Assembly (NCBI GenBank): GCA_051942205.1
Contig: JAVECO010000033.1
Location: 62,001 to 126,000 of the forward strand
Direction of reading: 5' to 3'
Length of the DNA: 64,000 nt
DNA from: Coniocarpon cinnabarinum
Taxonomy: Eukaryota
Positions 12,148-24,371 of this stretch are shown in pieces. Each line of letters opens with the position of its first letter. Position 1 is the stretch's first letter. The notes under the pieces were generated by a model, which searched no databases, was not told the origin of the DNA, and saw only the letters and a program-made list of their open reading frames with translations. The position numbers and the translations under genes are program-made.

Positions 12148-13487
12148 AATTGCAAGACTCGACTTTGGGTAGCCTTTTTTTCCAGTCGGCGACGCTTTGA
12201 AACTTGTATACAAGTACGCTTGGACGTACAAGTAAGATACATATCGAACCTTTCAAGAGCGCTTCACCAGAGGACGCTTCACCGAAATGGTCAAAGCACA
12301 TATCCTCTTTGTTCACACGCCTCGATAAGTGAATCTTCGCGACGTGCCGCGTAGGCTTGCAGCAAGCGCGCAAGGTCTCAACATTGCTTGGGAACCTTCC
12401 GACTGTGCAGAGACCCGAGGTCGACAGCAGAATGTCCATTCCTCCTTATGCGCTAGCTCACCAGCTCTGACGACGCTTGTCTATCAAGCGCGTACAGCGT
12501 GCGGGCTACAACGACGCGCAGCAGAAGAACAGCCACCCTTCTCCGATTGTTCATTCTCAACCGCCGGAATCTGCTCACCTATACTCGAATCTACCGTGGC
12601 ACATGTGCTCTTAAGTAGTCCTTGTGTCAAGCCGACCTCTGTCATCAATTAAGCCTTGCAAAGAAATCAAGACCTCAATTCTATATTCGAAGCGAAGAAA
12701 TGACATTTCCAGAAGCGAAGGGCTCACAAGGTCGCCTCGCTCAGCTCCTCTCGGCTCTCCCTCAGCTTTGATTAAGCAGCGATCTACCACCTGATCAACT
12801 TGATCCACTTGATACATTCGAAAATGAAAATGCATATGAAAATGGAAAGCAGGGTCACCTCGTGACGTTAGAGGAATCGCTGGGTCATAAATCCGCAGCA
12901 AAGTCACTCGAGGCGATTGAGGTTTGTAGTGTATATGCAGCTAAGTATTACCACTTAATTAGGCTTATAGACCATTGACGTTGCATCAATCTGAGTCTTT
13001 GTGTTTCTTCTTTTTCCCATCTACTGTGCAAACTGGCTCTCTGTCTCCTATCCTCATAATTAAACAAAGAACTTTGCGCTATTTTGCGACTACTGGACTC
13101 GGAGCCAACTTGCTACTGAATATCCAAGTCATTCAGAAACTCGATGGATGCTCTCTGACAAAATCGATGGAACAAGAATGGTTTTGGAACGGCGGGATGA
13201 AGCTCGAAGCTCTCTATGATTGAACTGTTGGGTAAATGATGTAGTAATGCAACCGAAAGAAACCTTCGTCGTACTAGTAGTCATACAATCGTAATGATAT
13301 CCTCCCTTTCCGAATATCGGGACGACTAAATGCTCATAGAAGCTGCCGTCGCTCGCCTCGCACATGATTCTTGAATCCCCTCTACTCATTGCAATGTCCG
13401 AAATTCGCCTCACCATCAATTTCACCAGCTCCATCTCGAAATCCTTTGCACCACACTTGCACCCCCCGCTGTAATCCATTGTCCTCC

Positions 13488-14608
13488 CTATCTGTACCAC
13501 CAACTGTCCATCGCCGTCTCGAGGTCCTCATCCCCCAAACCTCCACGTCTACGCTGCTGCCTCACCCAGACCTGATGATAAGAACTCGTGTCCCTCAACC
13601 CACTCAGCCCCAACTGCCCCGCCAAATTCACATAACCATCCTTCTGTACCCCGTTCCCCAAATCCACATCTCCCACCTTCTTCTCATCTTCCTGCCACGT
13701 GCTGCGACAGAACGGACAGGTGACTCCACCGCCCGTGGCGCGCTTCTGCGCCGCCCACTGCTGGAAGCAATGTTCGTGGACGTTATTCCCGCATGCGGCC
13801 TTGCAGTAAAGAATCTTTTCGGTGTTGCTGAATTCAACGCAGCAGATGGGGCATTCTTCGCCTTCCCAGCTCTTGCGCAGACCATCATCATTCTTGTCGT
13901 CTGCGCCCTTGGCGGTGGGAATGGGAGGGGCGTTGGCGAAAATGGTCTGCAGTTCAGACGACAGAAAAGCGCGTTGGTAACAGAGGTTCTCTGGGGCCTT
14001 GAGGGTGCGCGTCAGGACGTAGACGACGTGTTTGCATTCGTTGCCTTTCTCTGCATGCGGGCAGTTGCAGGTGGGCTTGTGGCCAATCGTGACGGTGTAG
14101 AGATTTCCGGTCGAGCCGGCGATGTCGATTTTTTCGGTGGGAGTGCCGTTGGCGTCCGTGGAGGGAGTGCGGTTAATGACAAACATGCTGGATCTTGTCA
14201 GTGTGAAAGTCGGTGATAAGTTGACCGGGAGGGAAGGGGCTCACCGTTGCGTCGAAGCGCGCTCAAGGAGCACTTTATAAGCCTCCGTCGGGCGAGGGCG
14301 GAATCTGAATCCAAGTCTGTGAGTTGGATTACTTCGAACGCAGCAAATGGCTAAGCTAACCGAGCCAGTCGCTTCTCGCCATCATCCTTGTCCTTGCCGT
14401 TTTCCTTCTTGGACGCCTTGCGTCCCTTCTTTGATGGCTTCTCGTCGTCTGATGCATCTTTTCCTGGTTTGCGCTTGCGGGAAACCTTGCTACGCATGGG
14501 AGCATAGTCCTCGTCATCGTCGTCGAGGTAGACTACATCCTGCGGCGAGGCGGCATTGGGACGGGTGCGCGAGCTCGCCTTGGCCTCCACGGCTTCGGGG
14601 ACACCCAT
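13488..14608 (-). CDS. SWIM zinc finger plus RING finger protein, 3 exons
   Basis: GSTGNLYTVTI...CNCPH...CKH (SWIM) and CPIC...C..CGNNVH..C...W...CPFC (RING). Two introns (donors GTTAGC and GTGAGC) join the basic N-terminal exon starting at 14608. Confidence 0.88.
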
Positions 14609-15102
14609 GATCGAGCGTTGAAAGGGTGTAAGTATCTATCTTTGGGAAGGAGGGAGGCAATATGAGGCAATCACGCCAAAGTATAAATGATGAATAGGTA
14701 GGCGAGTTGAATTGGAGGTAAAGTTTTATGACGCAAAGATAAATAAATATATATCGGAGATCACTCCGAACTTCACCTGAAAGACTGCGTGCTGCATGAT
14801 GCAGCGCTTTTCTCCCTATAATGCCGGTATCCTGATGCTTTGATTACTATCGATCACTGGTTTCTAGCCATCAGAAGCGGGTCTTGGAGTCATAAGAATG
14901 ATCACGGGCGACTTGCGCCGCGGATTAGCACCTACCCGCGGTATATACAAAGCTTCAATAGGTCGTGAAGGTCATTAGTGTGAAGGGTATGAGGTTATAT
15001 ACAAGGTCTCTGCTGTCAATCATCATCGCGCTTGACGAGGCGCTGGCGATGCGCGAGGCCACAAAAACACACGGCGCCAGTGCTCCACGCCGGAACATTT
15101 CC

Positions 15103-16606
15103 TTATGTGAACTCACTCATTTCCTCTTCAGGTCTTCTCCTTTGTTGCTGTGGTGGGTCGAGTTCAACAATGTATGCCTTCCTGTTTCCCATCTTCCTGC
15201 CCGACCGAACATCACGGCGGCTGGCGCAGCAGCACGCCAAACCGAAGTTGATGAGCATCGCATGCAAAGCATTTGCGGCTGCCAACCAAATCATCGTGAA
15301 CATGGGGACGCCCAATTGAGCTCTGACATTGATTTGTTTCTGATCATGGAGGACATTGCGCATGATCAGAAACATCACAGTTGCGATGATCGACGCTCCT
15401 GTAACCAGGATGGCATTGATCAGACTCGTCAATGCCAATGCCAGCGCTGTCCACCTGCTGTAGACCATAAGAGGTTGAACAAACATCAGGACAAAGGATA
15501 AGCATGCTCCGGACAGGAAGCATGCAAACATGACCTGTGAATCAAGTCAGCGAGCATGCAGACAATCAATTGCTGGAAACCGTTGTTCTTTCGATGAATC
15601 TCCTGCTAAAAACAATGTGAAACATACCTGACTTGCAATTTTGATGATGTGCAGAATCCGTACAACCTCGGATGGCAATGGGACTAGATGCTCGTCAGTA
15701 ACGGTCAGGATATCTGTGATTGATGTAGGACTTACTTGTCGATCCCGAGAGCAACTGATCAACAAAGATGTGGACTGGGTTAAATGCATAACCCATCTCC
15801 GGTTCTGAGCACTGCGTAATGCCATGGTTGGCATAGCCTTCGCAATAACCCCACAATCCAACAGTGTAGAGGTCATGAAGCTTCAGAACTTTGGAGATGC
15901 TGTTGATTTGCTGATAATTTGGGATTGATCTTGGTACAGCATCTTGCGTGTCCAACTGCGACTGGTCAGTCATGGCGTACATTAATGGGACGGCGGTCTG
16001 TGCGATGGTGTCGTCGAAGCTTGTGAGATATGGTGACAGAGACCCGAGGGCCTCTTCAAGCGCATATCTCCGCAGGCTTGGACTCAAATCTTCAAAAGAA
16101 CGAGCAAAAGGGGACGCTGTAGCGCTAATGTCATAGAGTTGGCCTTCTTGGATCTGTTGATCAAGGCCAGACCCGGAGACACTTTCGAACACAGACGCAA
16201 ATGGAGAAGAGTCTTGAATCCAGTCCGCAACACCCTGAAGCGAAGCATTGACTTGCTCCGTATTGTAAGGCGTGATGGCGGCGATTGGTTTCACGACGCT
16301 TGAATCCATTCTGCCAGATCTGATTCGGCTCCACAGCGAGAAGAGAATCGCAAAAGGGTGAGCACTGACTTTGATGAAGTAGATGTTGGCTCGGCCAACC
16401 GAGGTTCCCGTGCTTCCAACTTCTGCCACAATCAAAAAGATGATCGTCAACAGAAGTGAGAATGACGAGACGAGCGTGAAAGCGGCGCGTAGCTGCGTGG
16501 CTAACCGGACCTGCCGGTTTGACATTGGCTTCGGATCGTAGTGACCATCCATTGCAGTGGGTTTCGGCTGCTCAGCACTTCTGCTCGAAAAGGGCCAGAA
16601 GTTCAT
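15103..16606 (-). CDS. SUR7/PalI family tetraspan membrane protein, multi-exon
   Basis: N-terminal TM, then NIYFIK|LD, LHDLYTVGLWGYCEG...C (claudin-like motif) and FNP, with three further TM helices in the 3' exon. Intron donors GTCAGT, GTAAGT and GTATGT. Confidence 0.88.
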
Positions 16607-17571
16607 AGCAGGATCGCAGGTCGGGTACGAGCGAAGCTAGATCCCTCGGAGCTGATGATTATTGTGCTGGTTAGGCAGCAGGACGAATAATGCTGTTGAT
16701 GTGACTAGAATTAGCGGGGCACCTGCAGACCCTAGGTCGATGCTCCAATAGAACGGCGTGGTAGCGATAGACAATGGATGATTGTTGGTATGCACAGAGG
16801 TCACACAGTGCAAAGTGGTAAACGAGGCCAAGTTCTAGACACATCTGACAACCGTGACTGTTCCTGCCATGATTATCCATTCCAAGTAAGCACGACCGTC
16901 TGCATAGCGCTTACTCTGGATGCAGTAATATGAACATGGAAGTGCGTGTGCGATCTCTCTCATGGGAAGGAGCGCCTGCTTAGAAGTTGTTTCTATCATG
17001 TTGCACTGCCGGATTCCAAATCGTCTTTGCACGGACTAGGCTGATCCTCTCACTCACTGATCAGTACAAAGTGTGGTCCAGCGAAACTGCAACGGAAAGT
17101 GTATCCAACATCAGTGAGAAGGGGTTGCAACTCTCTCAGACTTTACGCTTATTATTGCTCCAGAGCAGAAGCAAGAGCTCTGGCTCTGCCATTAGCCCAA
17201 ACTCGAACCTCGTCTATATTGAGCACATACCGGATTTCTCTTTGCCTAGATGAGCCTTATCATGGCACGCTCATCAATTAATTTTTGTAAACATTCACAT
17301 TCCTTTCCAAATGGTGGCAGCATTTCGAGGGCAAGTTTAGACGAGGCGCACTGTCTAGATGATGGAACAATGGCCACCAGGCACAGTGCGCAGAGTCCGT
17401 CATTCATGCTCAAAGCACTGTGCCGACCCTGTTGACTAAGAGCCTCAAGCTGCCTCCTCGCAGGACGTTTGCATTAGTGATGCGATGTGTCTCACAATTT
17501 TCTATCTTGTTTCATTTCCATGAGATTCCTTCTCTTTCTGAACCTATGCCAGCGCTGCGCGCTAGACATCG

Positions 17572-18846
17572 ATGCTGACATTGCTTCTTTATCTCTTGGT
17601 CGCGGCTGTCGCCGAGGTGACTGCGCATCCAGGATGGGATTCACTACCAGGTAGACAGCCCATCACCATAGCATCCTCGCACCTGTCGACCTCACGTGTT
17701 GTACGGGCTGCTGCAGCACATGACGACGTGGCCTTGACGATCGCGACGCCCTCTAGCCGTCCCTTTCTGATAAAGGATTACGCCTTGCCGTCAATAAGTA
17801 GGTCCACAACCATGATTCCAACAAGCTCGTCTGCGGCGAGTACGAAACCATGCAACAATTATGTCGAACTCTGCGATCGCGAGTATATGTCTTTCACGGA
17901 GGTCTGTGCACACAACAGTGCCTTCAGCCGGAAGAGCAATGCAGCCTCCAACCAGGCGCAGCCGCTCACCACTCAGCTCAATGATGGAGTGCGAATGATT
18001 CAGGGCGAGACCCATTATTTCAACAACTCCATATACTCATGCCACACCTCGTGTGATATTCTCAACGCTGGACCACTCGGGAACGAGCTTTCTACGGTTA
18101 CTGAGTGGGTTCGCACGCATCCCAATGATGTCGTGACTCTTCTGCTTGTTAATAGCGACTTCCGCAGTGTGACAGATTACGTCCAACCAATCAAGGACTC
18201 TGGACTTGTAGACTTTCTTTACGTTCCGCCAAAAGTCCCTATGCACAGAGGAGACTGGCCGACGTTAAGCACCATGATTGCTTCTGGCAAGCGTGTGGTG
18301 CTCTTCATGGACTACAAAGCCGATCAAAGAAAAGTGCCTTGGATTCTCGATGAGTTCTCTCAAATGTGGGAAACGACTTTCTCACCACAAGATATGGCAT
18401 TCCCCTGCACGCAACAGCGGCCTCCGGCATTGAATAGAGTGCAACAAGATTCGGTGCCGTACATTGCGAACCACAATCTCAATGTGGACATCAGTGTAGG
18501 TGCTTTCAACATTCTCATCCCCAACTTTGCGACTTTGGATCAGGTCAACTCGGTGAATGGAACTGGCGGAAACGGCAGTCTTGGGTCACTTGGCGCGATG
18601 GCTCGCGAATGCAACCAGACCTGGGGTCGTCCACCGGCGTGGCTGCTGGTGGATTTCTACGACCGTGGAAGCTCGGCAGGAAGCGTCTTTGAAGTTGCCG
18701 CACGGATGAATGGGCTCAATTACACTCGAGCGGGCACCTGCTGTCAGCAGAAAGGTGAAGTGCGCAGTTCTGCAAGCAGGCCAATGTTGTGGAGTCGCAG
18801 CAGTCTCGCAGTCATTATTCTCTTATTGCGGGCGTTGGTAGCGTAG
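17572..18846 (+). CDS. secreted PI-PLC X-domain-like phosphodiesterase, probably GPI-anchored
   Basis: Signal peptide; CN...LC, AHNSAF, QL.DGVRMIQ, CHTSC, W...HPNDVVTLL, WPTL..MI..GKR, WET.F, NH.L, VDFYD; hydrophobic C-terminus. Confidence 0.88.
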   Translation: MLTLLLYLLVAAVAEVTAHPGWDSLPGRQPITIASSHLSTSRVVRAAAAHDDVALTIATPSSRPFLIKDYALPSISRSTTMIPTSSSAASTKPCNNYVELCDREYMSFTEVCAHNSAFSRKSNAASNQAQPLTTQLNDGVRMIQGETHYFNNSIYSCHTSCDILNAGPLGNELSTVTEWVRTHPNDVVTLLLVNSDFRSVTDYVQPIKDSGLVDFLYVPPKVPMHRGDWPTLSTMIASGKRVVLFMDYKADQRKVPWILDEFSQMWETTFSPQDMAFPCTQQRPPALNRVQQDSVPYIANHNLNVDISVGAFNILIPNFATLDQVNSVNGTGGNGSLGSLGAMARECNQTWGRPPAWLLVDFYDRGSSAGSVFEVAARMNGLNYTRAGTCCQQKGEVRSSASRPMLWSRSSLAVIILLLRALVA

Positions 18847-19632
18847 ATCATGCGAGCACGAGAGCAGTGATACCCTGTACATATGCAATATCTATTATTG
18901 AAGTCAAACCGTATTGACTGAGCGAAAGTCGACCCCTAAGCTGCTGTCACGTGGTCAAGTCCCATTAAGAGCAACAGAACGCCAAACACTCGATACAATT
19001 GACGACGCACCGTCTGCCGCTTGTGCCTGCTAGGCGCTCTCTGTCTCTCGAGCCGGCGAGGCTACCCAGGTGGTTGAGGAGTGAGCTAAATCTCGTCATC
19101 AATCCAAGAGGCAAAGGAGAAGACCCGCCGGAAGACGCTAGCGGATGTAGCGCCACTAGCTCCGCCCCAACCGCCCGGTAAGCGCGCGTCAACACTTTCC
19201 TTTCCTGATTGACCGAGCGTGAGGCCGCAACTCTTCACTTGCAAAAAGTCACACAGACCTAACCCCTCCAACGCTTCTCCTCCAGCACCTCGCACAGTCC
19301 GCTTGCGCGTCACTGCTCGACCGCTCGCTCCACTCGGTCCTGAAGCGCCTCTGCGTCTCGTGCGCGGCGTCGGCGCAACGACGGTGCGGTTACCACGTTC
19401 ATCTTGGATCACTCCATTCACAATATTTGAGTGCGGTTTGGTGCGCTTCCCAACGATGTCCAAACACTTTCGCGGAACGCCCATCTTGCCACCGCTTGGT
19501 CGTTTCATTGAATGATATTCATCTTCTCCGCACATCTGGCCATCGTCTTCCACTTTCCCGAGGCTTGAACAGTCTTCGCCTGACGTGACCTGGTGCGCAA
19601 GCTTCAACTTTACTCTCATTCACCTCTGCGAC

Positions 19633-21942
19633 ATGTCGAACGCTCAGCCAGGCAGCACCCCCAATCCAGCGCGCAAATCGAAATCATTTGCTGAAGTAAG
19701 TCCTACTGTTTGCGAGCATTGTAATCTGCTGCATTGATCGCTAATGTGCTGATCGCTAATGTGCGCAAAGGTTGCTGCTGCAGCAAACAAGCCGGTCATA
19801 CCGCAAGTGAAAACTCCAAACAATACTGCGAAACCCAACGACTCCCCTAAGTCTGTTGTTGAAAATGGAAAGGCGTCGTCAAACGCGGCGAGCGGTGCGC
19901 ATCTGTCATCACAAGCACCATCACATTCTTTACAAGCTGGGCAAGTGCCCCCAAGCCTGAGTCGAATGATGAGGGAAACCTCCATCAATGATCGATCTGG
20001 TCCTTCTTCGAGCGTTGAAAATGTCATTCGGCGGGACAACTCCGATACAAAGAGCGTCACGTCCCGTACTACACTGACATTGGACGAGAAGGAGTCGCTC
20101 ATGCCAGATGATAGCGCTAGCATGCAAGGCGGGCGTGACGAGGAACCTACATCTCCTGCGGAAGACATTCATGCCGGTTTCAAAGTCGATGTAGATTCCG
20201 ATGCTCGTGCTTTCCAGGATCAGCTTTACGAAATCGATAGGCATGGTGGTAAGCCTCTGGCAATCGCTCAGCGGCCGGTCACTTCGAGTTCCATTCCAGC
20301 TCGTCAAAATGGCGCAGTCGCCTATCAGTCGCCTGGGGTAGCGCTTCAGTCACCGCAGGGACCGTCTCCACGTGAGCAGTCAGGGGGGCCTGGACCTGGG
20401 CTTGTTCTGCATCCAGATGACAAGCTTATCGAAGCTCTGAAATCTGAAAAGGACAGGGTCTTTGTCGTGAAAATCGAGACCGACTTCAGAGATTTCATCG
20501 AGCATTCTAAGGATATCGAGCTGCAACTACCTTCCACAAACACGTTCTATCGGCTACTCTCCCACAAACTTGCAGATTATTACATTCTCGGTCACATCTA
20601 TGAGGATGCCCTGAAAGCTGTCAGGATCCGTAAAACGGCCTACACGCGACTCGCGCCTCGGCTTGCTGATTTGCATCCCAAGTCAGAGGGCCCTACGCCT
20701 CCTCCAACTGGGTCAATGAAAATTATGCGGAGAGATCCAACAGGAGCCATCGGGCCAGTCTTACACAGCCGTCCGCAGTCGAGCAGCGAAGGTGACGCCG
20801 CGGTAGACACCATCAATGATCAGGCAGGCTCCAAACAACCCCTGGACAAGTCGGCCAAAACTTTGGAAGAACGCGAAAAACACTATCATGAGGTTCGGGC
20901 ACGGATCTTTGAGGATTTTCACGAAAAGCAAGCGGAGAGCGGAGAAAATTCAGGCAATCAGAGCAAAGAGATGTCTCGAAGCAGCTCCAACTCTGGCGCT
21001 AAGAGAAACAAGCGTGGCAAGCGACCAAAAGACGACAGTTTCGAAGCCCGCTCCTCGTACACATCTGTTGATGGCCAGGCATTCGTCAACAACAGCTTTT
21101 TGCCTCCTCAACATCAGACCCCACTCATGGGTAGCCAAGCCCCGTACATGCAGTATCCAAACATGCCTATGCAATTTCAAGCTGCTTCGCCCACCTTTCA
21201 TATGCAACAGCCCCTGGATCTCTCCGCCGCTGGACCGTGGTCGGGTTGTGGACAATACGGCCATCCAGGTCCTGCACCGCCCAATGTAACCGGGTATAGC
21301 CAGTGGACGCCTCCGCAGTTCGATCAGTCTGGGGGTTATTATGGCTCCCCAAGCATGGGCTCGCAGTCCACACCAAAGGCACAGCATCCAAATCTAGCAA
21401 GCTACTTTCCAGTCAACCAGCAACCTCAAGCTGAAGGCTCAACATGGATGCAGTCGGGCATGCAGGCGAGCATGCAAAATCCTGTTCCTCAGCAGAATGT
21501 ATTCGGCATGGACAGTAATGCGAATGCGTATGTGGTGCCATATGCCTACGACATGAGCATGCAACCCATGCCGGGTTATCATGCTTACTCTGGCCAACAA
21601 TTTAATCCACAGAGTCAAGCGTTCGTACCTGGCACGCCTTTGGGTCCCTTGCACGGTTGGACGCCGCAGGCTCAGACTTCCAGTGGCTTCTCGTCGCCCC
21701 ATGCTCAGCAACCCGGGCTTGCTCAAAACCTATCGGATGGTCATTCGCGGGGCAAGGCCGGAAACAAAAACGGGCAAAGTCAACGACCCAATGGATCCAT
21801 AGCGAAGTGGGCTAACGCCTCGAGCCTTCCGGCGAAACCTCCCCCGACGACGTCAACGTTGTCCTTCCAAATGCCGCGGCACATGGAGAATGGCCAGCCA
21901 TTGCCATCGAAACCACTAGCTGCGAACGGGAGATCACCTTGA
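19633..21942 (+). CDS. R3H and SUZ domain RNA-binding protein, 2 exons
   Basis: Exon 1 19633-19695 (MSNAQ...KSFAE), intron to 19770; R3H motif NTFYRLLSHKLADYY.L.H; SUZ motif MKIMRR...KTLEEREKHY..VRARIF; Q/P-rich tail. Confidence 0.9.
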
Positions 21943-22590
21943 GATCCTTCGTGCGGTAATGTCTGTTGGCTGGGCTGTCGCGCAAGTAGCATTGGGCTCA
22001 CACCCGAGTAAGTCATGTCGTGCAGTGTCTCAGAGGCGATGAATGATGCATGTGAAATAGATTGGAATAATGTAATCGTATTGCCAAGCGCGCCGTGTAT
22101 TGATGACTTTTCTAATGTCAACAGCTGCTATGTGTGGCGCGAGTTTGTGACGTCTTCGGAAAATAATATCCGTCCATGGGCGCAACGTAGGTAGGCACCT
22201 ACTTTCTCCACCGAAGGATGCATATCTAGCGTCGCAACTCACAAGACGTCCGTACAGCAACACCTTCATGGGAGTACGAGTCATTGAGCATGCAATCGGA
22301 GATATTGCACTACTTCGAGACCTGTTTGAGTCGTGTTGCTGCTTGGTCAGCAATCCTTGTCGGAAGGAGTCCCAGATTCACCGTCCGACCGAAGGGCAGC
22401 TCGGAACAGGTAAGATCTCACAGTGACCATTTCAGCCTCATTCACGGTTACTGACCATATGGAGTTGTCGGTCTGTGTGTAGAAGGGGACCGTTCACACC
22501 GCATTTAAAGGCGCATCATGTGCACGCCACTCAGTCTGCCTTTGAGCCTTCGCAGCATTACTTCAAGCTGCCTACAGGGACGAAAACACG

Positions 22591-23801
22591 ATGGACGCTG
22601 CGAAAGATACTGGTCCCAGTCTCGATAAATTGTCCCTGCGCCCAGACAGTGGTAGAGAACGGATTTTACTAACAGGTGCTTCTGGTTTCATCGCAACGCA
22701 TGTAAGTCTAACTTCTCCCTCATGCGCGCGAGACGACATCGATTAAGTCACAGAAGCTTCCCACATCAGTGCTGTTGCAAGCCCAGATGTGCAGAGTGCG
22801 ATTGTGCAAAGCACTGACGCCCTCAGATTCTTATCGCCTTTCTGGGCGCTGGCTACAACGTTCGCGGCACAGTTCGCTCAGAAGCAGCAGCACAGGAAAT
22901 CGCGGAGCGCTTTGCTCCAAATGTGCACTCCAAACAGCTCACATTTGCCATTATCCCTGATATTGCCGCTGCAGGCGCATTCGACGGGGCGGTGAAAGGG
23001 GTGGACGGTATTATTCACACTGCTTCACCTGTCTCCATGTTCGTCGAAGACAGCGAGCGCGACCTTCTACAGCCGGCCATGAACGGCGTCAACGAACTCT
23101 TGGGATCCGTCCAGAAACATTCTCCACAGGTACGACGTATAATCATGACAAGCTCATGCGTCGCTGTCATTGATTTCTCCAAGGGCCCTCGGCCCGGATA
23201 CACCTACGGAGAGGACGACTGGAACCCGATCACCTATGAGGAAGCCAAAGCAGAAAAAAGCTACGCAGCCTACTTCGCGAGCAAAAAGCTTGCAGAAGAA
23301 ACGGCGTGGAATTATGTCAAGAACAACCGCGTCACGTATGAATTTGCAACCATCTGTCCACCCATGGTATACGGACCGCCAGCGTACGAGCCCGACATGA
23401 AGAGGATCAAATCCAGCGTGGGAGACGCCAGTCGTTTCATGAACGGCACCACGACTGAACCTGGTCCCACCTTGGTGCCGGCCTTTGTGGACGTGCGAGA
23501 CGTTGCGGAAGCGCACCTTCGCGCTTATGAAAAAGAAGGACTCAAGGGGCGATATCTGTTGACCGCCGGCGAGTTCCAGTACGTGGACATCTGCCGGATC
23601 CTCCGGGAGCAGGTCCCTCGCCTCCGAGACAAGGTGCCCGACCCAGAGCAGACTGTCAAGGTGGAAACGTTCAAAATCGACGGGGAGAGGGCAAAGACGG
23701 AGCTCGGGATGAAGTTGCGACCACTGTCAGAATCCATTGCGGACACCGCCACGTGGTTGATGCAAGCACAGCAGACGCAAGCAGCGGCAGACAGCTCGTA
23801 A
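22591..23801 (+). CDS. NAD(P)-dependent epimerase/dehydratase family reductase (aldehyde reductase II/GRE2-like), 2 exons
   Basis: Exon 1 ...ILLTGASGFIATH, intron from GTAAGT at 22702, then GYNVRGTVRS, IIHTASP, TSS, Y.ASK.LAE, CPPMVYGP and VDVRDVAEAH. Confidence 0.92.
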
Positions 23802-24371
23802 CGACGCTGGAAGAGGCTAGAATGTGCCGGGCCCTCTCAACAAGCTCAGGATGATCAGTGGATCGTAGAGCAGAGCAGCCAATCGAGAGAATGATTGTGC
23901 GTGTGTTTCGTGCGGCGCGTGTTGGACGTAGCTCCCGTCCAGTTCAGGCTAGGTCTTTGACTTTGCCCTGATGATAATGTACCTGGCGCATGTCCCCGCA
24001 CTTGGCCAAGTACCTTTGGGTCTCCACTGCTTCGGTGGATGGGATGGGATGGAATGGAATAGAAGTGACCTTGCGAGGGGCCCAGACATATCCCGTGCCC
24101 GTCAGACTTGGCGGTCAAGCAGTGACAGTACCTATACATCTCATCCTCGTTCAACCGACTTGACCGAGTATCATTCTACGTCATATCGTGCACTCTGAAT
24201 TGGATTCCAGTCCACGCGTCTCTCTCAGCCTAGATCCATCCAGAATCCTTCGCTAAAGCCGAGCAATATCCGCGGCTTCTTCTTCCACAGCTTTGCGGAC
24301 CTTCCTCCAAGCAGCACGTGCGGTGGTACCTATACCACGACGCTCACCAGGCTGTACATACAGTCGTAACT

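Noticed and set aside
13371..14216. 281-aa plus-strand ORF
   Set aside because: Antisense shadow of the SWIM-RING gene; non-ATG start and no motifs
14687..14780. ATGATGA...CTGA pair resembling a C/D snoRNA
   Set aside because: No terminal stem or recognisable rRNA guide; lies in an AT-rich promoter region
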